From Marine Group I thaumarchaeote (lineage in GTDB: Archaea; Thermoproteota; Nitrososphaeria; Nitrososphaerales; Nitrosopumilaceae): a stretch of 21,132 nt of DNA. Below, piece after piece: positions 16,275-21,132 of this stretch. The notes below the pieces were generated by a model that saw nothing but the letters and a program-made list of their open reading frames with translations, did no database searches and was not told the origin of the DNA. The stretch lies in the NCBI GenBank assembly GCA_044358425.1, contig CP054849.1, forward strand, positions 893,667-914,798, given 5' to 3'. The number at the start of each line of letters is the position of its first letter. Position 1 is the stretch's first letter. Both the position numbers and the translations under genes were made by a program.

Positions 16275-16829
16275 TTATTTCAAATATTTAAAGCAATTAG
16301 CAGTATGATCATTAACCATTCCTGTGGCCTGCATAAATGCATAACAGATTGTAGGTCCAACAAAAGTGAATCCATGTTTTTTAAGATCAGCACTAAGTTT
16401 TTCAGAAAGTTCAGTATATGCAGGTAGATCAGAATATGTTTTGAATTTATTTTTAATAGGTTTGTAATTTACAAATCCCCACAAATATTTATCAAAAGTT
16501 CCAAATTGCTTTTGAATTTTAATAAACTGTTTAGCATTATTGATTGTAGAATTAATTTTGAGTTTATTTCTAATAATTGATGGATTTTGTATTAATTTTT
16601 CAATATCTTTTTCATTGAGTTTTGAAACAAGATTGACATCAAAATTGCAAAAAGCTTCACGATATCCATTTCGTCTATTAAGAATAGTACTCCAAGATAA
16701 TCCAGCTTGAGCACCTTCTAAAATTAAAAATTCAAATAATTTTTGATCATCATGTTGAGGAATACCCCATTCAACATCATGATACGTTAAATTAGGCTCA
16801 TTTTTAGCCCATTCACATCTTTTTTTCAT
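16275..16829 (-). CDS. tag: DNA-3-methyladenine glycosylase I
   Basis: RCEWA, YHDVEWG, LEGAQAGLSW, IIRNKLKI, GFTFVGPTICYAFMQATGMVNDHTANCF. Confidence 0.96.
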   Translation of the reverse strand: MKKRCEWAKNEPNLTYHDVEWGIPQHDDQKLFEFLILEGAQAGLSWSTILNRRNGYREAFCNFDVNLVSKLNEKDIEKLIQNPSIIRNKLKINSTINNAKQFIKIQKQFGTFDKYLWGFVNYKPIKNKFKTYSDLPAYTELSEKLSADLKKHGFTFVGPTICYAFMQATGMVNDHTANCFKYLK

Positions 16830-16879
16830 AATTCCCCATAATTGATACAGAATATTAATTCTAAAAAAATCAATTAATT

Positions 16880-17305
16880 ATGAAGATAAATAAGCAGTTA
16901 TTACAAATTAATAGAAATTTCATAATTTGTTTTATTGCTTCTGCATCATTATCAGCTGTTGCAGCTCAATTATTGGCAGATTATGAAAATTATCAAACAA
17001 CAACCATAACAATAATTATCGGATATGTAATTTACTTTGGATTATTCTCTACTTTGTTTTACATAGATAACAGAAAAAGATACAGAACTATGGAATCAAA
17101 ATTAATCAAAAAAGAACTATTAAAATTAATTTCTTCATTTGGTGTGGGTGAAATAATATACTTAGGAATCAGATGGCCAAGTTTGTATTATTTTTTAGAA
17201 ATAGGTATTGAACCTTATCTTGCATCAATAATTTCAGAGGTTATTGCAACAACATGCTATATGATATCAGTTACGGTTTTTCTTAGAAAAACTAAAACGT
17301 TTTAA
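16880..17305 (+). CDS. Four-TM membrane protein (GtrA-like topology, function unproven)
   Basis: 141 aa, two TM pairs separated by a basic loop. Confidence 0.75.
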   Translation: MKINKQLLQINRNFIICFIASASLSAVAAQLLADYENYQTTTITIIIGYVIYFGLFSTLFYIDNRKRYRTMESKLIKKELLKLISSFGVGEIIYLGIRWPSLYYFLEIGIEPYLASIISEVIATTCYMISVTVFLRKTKTF

Positions 17306-17704
17306 TCATTTAGTAAGTTGAGTAACCAAATCAGTTGATGTGATTAAGCCAATTATTTTTCCATTGTCAGTAACTCCAAGTTTTCTAATTTTTTTATCAG
17401 TCATTCTTTTTGCTGCTGCAGAAATAGTTTCATCATAATTAATTGTGATTAATGGGGAAGACATTACTTTTTCAACAGGTGTGTCAGAAGGGAGATTATT
17501 ACATACAATCTTTGTAGCATAATCTCTATCAGTGATTATTCCATGTAGTTTATCATCATTCTTCACAAGAACCGCACCAATTCCACCTTGCTCCATCATT
17601 TTTGCTACTTGAAAAACAGTGGTTTGTCCAGGCACAGAAATTATTGCTTTAGTCATAATATCTTTAACTAAAATCAATGAAGATTCAAAATCTTGGCGGC
17701 TCAC
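17306..17704 (-). CDS. Stand-alone CBS-pair protein
   Basis: VKDIMTK, GIITDRD, VMSSPLITI, IGLITSTDL tandem CBS motifs. Confidence 0.93.
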   Translation of the reverse strand: MSRQDFESSLILVKDIMTKAIISVPGQTTVFQVAKMMEQGGIGAVLVKNDDKLHGIITDRDYATKIVCNNLPSDTPVEKVMSSPLITINYDETISAAAKRMTDKKIRKLGVTDNGKIIGLITSTDLVTQLTK

Positions 17705-17740
17705 TAATCTATTGAGAAATTATCATATTTAAGAATAAAC

Positions 17741-17815
17741 AGGGCGCAATGGGATTCGAACCCACGACCTATAGATCCGCAATCTATCGCTCTATCCAAG
17801 CTGAGCTATACGTCC
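17741..17815 (-). tRNA. tRNA-Arg(GCG), intronless, CCA not encoded
   Basis: GGACGTA-TA-GCTC-AGCTTGGATA-GAGC-G-ATAGA-TTGCGGA-TCTAT-AGGTC-GTGGG-TTCGAAT-CCCAT-TGCGCCC-T folds as a cloverleaf; anticodon GCG; A20 Arg identity element present. Confidence 0.95.
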
Positions 17816-17837
17816 AAGAACATTGAGATTTGTACAC

Positions 17838-18677
17838 TTAATTTGGATTGCTATTACTATGAAATTTTGAAAAAACATATTGGGTTTCATCCAATTCTTT
17901 AAACGACCAAGCTGTAGGTAAAGAAACACTTTGTATTAATTTTAAAGAATTGCTTTCAATGAAACTTCCCCAACCAGACATATTTTTTGGATCTGCACGA
18001 TATTTTTTTGACACAGTACCTGCAAAAATCCAACCAGAATTATGTAACAAATTAAATTCAAATTCAATTTTTTTCAAAACACCTGTTGCTAATTCAATAC
18101 CGCCCATTTGAGCAAGTCCACCGATAAAGAATAATGGTTTAGTTAAATTTAATGAAGAATAATCAAATTGGGTTGCATCAAAACAATATGGATTAAAATT
18201 AATATTTGTACTAAGGGATTTTTGAAGATCAGATAATTGATCATCAAGTTCAATACTGTATGACTCAATACCTATCACTTTACCACAATATGCAATTCTT
18301 CCATCACCAGATCCAATATCAATTATTTGAGAATAACCATTTTCTTTTGCAAATAATGTCATAACATATGCAGACATAATCCAAGTAGGAGAAAAAGGGG
18401 CATGACTTGAATTATGTTGAATACTGTTTAACCAGTATTTGTTAATATCTCCTTCATATACAATACAAGGAATTCCACCGAGTGTTTTTTCAAATGAATT
18501 ATAGTAGATAGGATTTTTTTCTGCAAATTCATGAAGTAATTTTAGTTCTTCTTTATCAATGGGAAATAAATCAGAGTTAGAAAGTGGGAGAAATTCTTGA
18601 ATTTGACTAGAACCATCATAATCAGAGGCAAATTCTTTTTTTAAATTAACTAAATTTTCAGCAAGTTTTTCAATCAT
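17838..18677 (-). CDS. Class I SAM-dependent methyltransferase-like protein
   Basis: Motif I IIDIGSGDGRI, motif II SIELD, motif III FDAT. ATG 18677 overlaps the upstream ORF end by 8 nt. Confidence 0.75.
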   Translation of the reverse strand: MIEKLAENLVNLKKEFASDYDGSSQIQEFLPLSNSDLFPIDKEELKLLHEFAEKNPIYYNSFEKTLGGIPCIVYEGDINKYWLNSIQHNSSHAPFSPTWIMSAYVMTLFAKENGYSQIIDIGSGDGRIAYCGKVIGIESYSIELDDQLSDLQKSLSTNINFNPYCFDATQFDYSSLNLTKPLFFIGGLAQMGGIELATGVLKKIEFEFNLLHNSGWIFAGTVSKKYRADPKNMSGWGSFIESNSLKLIQSVSLPTAWSFKELDETQYVFSKFHSNSNPN

Positions 18678-19104
18678 TAGATAAACCTGCATCATATTGT
18701 TTTACAAATTCTTTTGTACTCATTATTTCGCGTAATTTTTCATATAATTTAGCCTCATTTTCAATAGTTTCCTTTGATTTTTGATCAGAGTCTAAAGATT
18801 GTAAATTCTTAGTAATTTCAGAAATAGAATTTTCAATATTAGTCATAATTTTAGGATGAATAGTAGAATTAAATTTTTCAGAAATAAAATTTTCGGCATT
18901 TGAAATTTTTTCAAGGGAGCTCAAATCAGATTTATCAATTTGTTGTTTCATCACCTCAATCATGGATGAGACATTAGTGATTTGATAGTAAATCTCAACA
19001 ATTTGATTTACAGAGAATTCATTCCCAGAATTTATTTGATTTGACAAATTTTCTAATTTTTCAAATTCAATGAAAAATAATTCAATCAGATCATTTGAAG
19101 ACAT
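18670..19104 (-). CDS. Hypothetical helical-bundle protein
   Basis: About 144 aa, amphipathic helices; ATG 19104 preferred over TTG 19110. Confidence 0.8.
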   Translation of the reverse strand: MSSNDLIELFFIEFEKLENLSNQINSGNEFSVNQIVEIYYQITNVSSMIEVMKQQIDKSDLSSLEKISNAENFISEKFNSTIHPKIMTNIENSISEITKNLQSLDSDQKSKETIENEAKLYEKLREIMSTKEFVKQYDAGLSND

Positions 19105-19151
19105 TATCAAAAAATAATTTTAAATTTTTAAAAATGTTGGGATTTAAAAAA

Positions 19152-19865
19152 TTAATCTTCTTTTTCTGCTCTGTTAACGTAAATGAAAGTCATCAAAGCA
19201 CCACCAATTATACCACCGATGATTGGACCAACCCAATAAATCCATTGAACTTCCCATAATCCAGCATCACCTGAAATCAATGCAGGAGAAAAGGATCTTG
19301 CAGGATTCATAGATGCACCAGTTAATGGTACGCCGACTAAGTGTAACAAGAAAACCATACCACCGATTGCTGCACCATAAACACTCTTTGGTGCTTTTTT
19401 GTGAACAGCAGTCATAAAAATTACAACTACTAAGAAGAATGTGAAAATTGCCTCTAAAACAACAGCAGAAATTAAACTACCATTAATGATTTCACTTGGA
19501 CCACCATGAGCACCCCATAGTACTTGTTTTCCAATTTCTGGAAATATTACAGCCAATGTGGCAGTTGCAATAACTGCACCAATTATTTGAAATAGAATAT
19601 ATCCAATTCCATCTTTGACACCTATTTTTTTAGTAATCATCATAGGAATTGTGACTGCTGGGTTAATGTGAGCCCCTGAAACGTGACCAAATGCATATAC
19701 CATTAATGCAATTGCACCACCGTGACCTAATGAAATGAAAATTACGGCTTCTGTGGATAACCCTTCACCAAAGTATGCTGCAGCTAAAATTACAGATAAT
19801 GGACCAAAGAATACAAGTCCAAACGTTGCAATTGCTTCAGCAAGCCATGCGCGAGTGTTAACCAT
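19152..19865 (-). CDS. Aquaporin (MIP family)
   Basis: SGAHINPAVT and GASMNPARS motifs, AEAIATF, LEAIFTF, WIYWVGP. ATG 19865 is supported by an upstream TATA box; the track's extra 20 aa look spurious. Confidence 0.96.
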   Translation of the reverse strand: MVNTRAWLAEAIATFGLVFFGPLSVILAAAYFGEGLSTEAVIFISLGHGGAIALMVYAFGHVSGAHINPAVTIPMMITKKIGVKDGIGYILFQIIGAVIATATLAVIFPEIGKQVLWGAHGGPSEIINGSLISAVVLEAIFTFFLVVVIFMTAVHKKAPKSVYGAAIGGMVFLLHLVGVPLTGASMNPARSFSPALISGDAGLWEVQWIYWVGPIIGGIIGGALMTFIYVNRAEKED

Positions 19866-19888
19866 CAAGCAATCCCCTAGAGATTTCA

Positions 19889-19895
19889 ATATAAA
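19889..19895 (-). promoter_or_regulatory. TATA box for aquaporin gene
   Basis: TTTATAT on the minus strand 24-30 nt upstream of ATG 19865, the spacing expected for a leaderless archaeal transcript. Confidence 0.55.
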
Positions 19896-19954
19896 CAATT
19901 GGATTGAGATTCGATCATAAAACAACTAGCACTATGATGAAAATTAGGTGATTC

Positions 19955-19962
19955 TATAAATA
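19955..19962 (+). promoter_or_regulatory. TATA box for bcp
   Basis: TATAAATA 22-29 nt upstream of ATG 19984. Confidence 0.55.
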
Positions 19963-19983
19963 GAGATTTTCATTTTTATGAAC

Positions 19984-20442
19984 ATGCTAGAAGTAGGAGA
20001 TTCAGTTCCAAAATTTACTCTCAATGATTCAGAAGGAAATAAAATAAAATCAACAGATTTCAAAGGAAAAAAACATGTCATTTACTTTTATCCAAAAGAC
20101 TTCACTCCAGGATGTTCAACACAAGCAGATGAATTTTCAACAGAATACAAAAAATTTCAAAAGGAAGATATTGAAATTATTGGAATTAGTCCAGATGACA
20201 TAGATTCCCATAAAAAATTCTGTGTTAAAATGGGAATCAAATACGTATTATTATCAGATTCAGAAAAAGAAGTTTCTAAACTATTTGGTGTTTGGGGAAT
20301 GAAAAAATTTATGGGACGAGAATACATGGGAGTTACCCGAAGTTCATTTTTAGTTAATGAAAAAGGAAAAATTTTCAAAACATATCCAAAGGTGAAACCT
20401 AAAGGACATGCCCTGTTAGTTTTAGAAGATTTTAAAGAATAA
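19984..20442 (+). CDS. bcp: BCP/PrxQ peroxiredoxin
   Basis: YFYPKDFTPGCSTQA (PxxxTxxC), GISPD, SHKKFC (second Cys in helix 3), RSSFLVN. Start 19984 or 19978. Confidence 0.93.
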   Translation: MLEVGDSVPKFTLNDSEGNKIKSTDFKGKKHVIYFYPKDFTPGCSTQADEFSTEYKKFQKEDIEIIGISPDDIDSHKKFCVKMGIKYVLLSDSEKEVSKLFGVWGMKKFMGREYMGVTRSSFLVNEKGKIFKTYPKVKPKGHALLVLEDFKE

Positions 20443-20454
20443 AAATAAAGAAAA
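20441..20454 (-). terminator. Oligo-T archaeal terminator candidate
   Basis: TTTTCTTTATTTTT immediately after the stop of the minus-strand ORF ending at 20457. Confidence 0.45.
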
Positions 20455-20456
20455 GG

Positions 20457-21132
20457 TTAGAAACCTTTTGGAAGTGTGCCTCTAGAAGATTTTGCTGGTT
20501 CTGGTTCAGCCTTTGCTTCAAATCCTTTTGGTAATGCACCACCTTTCTTATTAGCAGATACTTTTGCTGCGGCTTCTGCTGCTGCAGTTTCAGCTGCGGC
20601 TTTTGCATCATCAATTTTTTGCTGTTCCAATCTTTTCAAATAATCAGCTTCATAATCAGCTAATTGATCTGATTTAGATTTTCCAGAATCAACATTAGTT
20701 GTTTGTTGTGTTTGTTGAGAGGTTTGTGCTTGCTCCATTCCTTTTGGTAGTGTGTCTTTTGCAGGCTTTGGTGGTTCTGGTGCTGGTGTTTCTGGTGCTT
20801 GTTTTGCTTGTGCAGTAACGCCGTCAACAGTCATATTGACACCACTGAAACTTCCAAATCTTTTTGTTGGTGGATGATATGCAAGTCTAGGTCTTGTTGC
20901 AAAGTATTGGTTTGATGGTTGTGTATAACCAGTTACTGTGGCTTTTTGATCATTCCAATTTTTAGTTGGAATTTTACCTACTGGAGCATATCCTCTAACA
21001 AAGTATCTGTTAGGTGCTGGTGTATATCCAGTGACTTTTGCTCTGTACTGATGGAAATCAGTCATTGCTGCATTCATGTATGCATTTTCTAATGCATCTT
21101 GTACAGTTGCTGGAGCAGATGCTTTTTCAGCT
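20457..21132 (-). CDS. Low-complexity repeat protein (5'-partial)
   Basis: Frame is open to the window edge (AEKASAPATVQDALENAY precedes the track's Met). A/P/Q/K/T-rich, with 33-aa VTGYT repeats and three LPKG[MF] motifs. Confidence 0.85.
   Translation of the reverse strand, partial: AEKASAPATVQDALENAYMNAAMTDFHQYRAKVTGYTPAPNRYFVRGYAPVGKIPTKNWNDQKATVTGYTQPSNQYFATRPRLAYHPPTKRFGSFSGVNMTVDGVTAQAKQAPETPAPEPPKPAKDTLPKGMEQAQTSQQTQQTTNVDSGKSKSDQLADYEADYLKRLEQQKIDDAKAAAETAAAEAAAKVSANKKGGALPKGFEAKAEPEPAKSSRGTLPKGF

Noticed and set aside
17303-17308. Convergent stop codons abutting with no gap
   Set aside because: Common in streamlined archaeal genomes; no further sign of antisense regulation.
12283-17704. 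Provirus, transposon or CRISPR array in the small-gene region
   Set aside because: No integrase, transposase, capsid or packaging genes and no regularly spaced repeats; composition looks like the flanks.
20457-20480. C-terminal LPKGF as a sortase (LPxTG) or archaeosortase (PGF-CTERM) signal
   Set aside because: No following TM helix or basic tail.

Overview
AT-rich chromosomal window from an ammonia-oxidising archaeon, most likely Nitrosopumilus-like (inferred from cofG/cofH, class I LysRS, archaeal Elp3, a PAC2 proteasome chaperone and TATA-type leaderless promoters). Positions 1-12280 are a housekeeping block: HtrA protease (partial), cofG-cofH-pmbA, Ca2+/Na+ antiporter, wHTH regulator, PAC2, purM, CPA2 antiporter, elp3, lysS. 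Positions 12283-17704 are a patchwork of short genes, including five micro-ORFs under 60 aa that the ORF track misses (a K/R-rich 44-mer, three membrane peptides, a 6Cys/2His protein), plus a PNPOx-fold protein, a DUF1059-like protein, a minimal beta-carbonic-anhydrase-like protein, tag and a CBS protein. The window ends with tRNA-Arg(GCG), a methyltransferase-like operon, an aquaporin divergent from a BCP peroxiredoxin, and a partial disordered repeat protein. The best leads are the aquaporin's H/H/A/R filter plus loop-C His (partly TIP/AQP8-like; candidate NH3/H2O2 channel), the micro-protein cluster, the candidate carbonic anhydrase and the VTGYT/LPKG repeat protein. No integrase, transposase, CRISPR array or rRNA is visible. 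All family calls come from motif recognition by eye; no searches were run.
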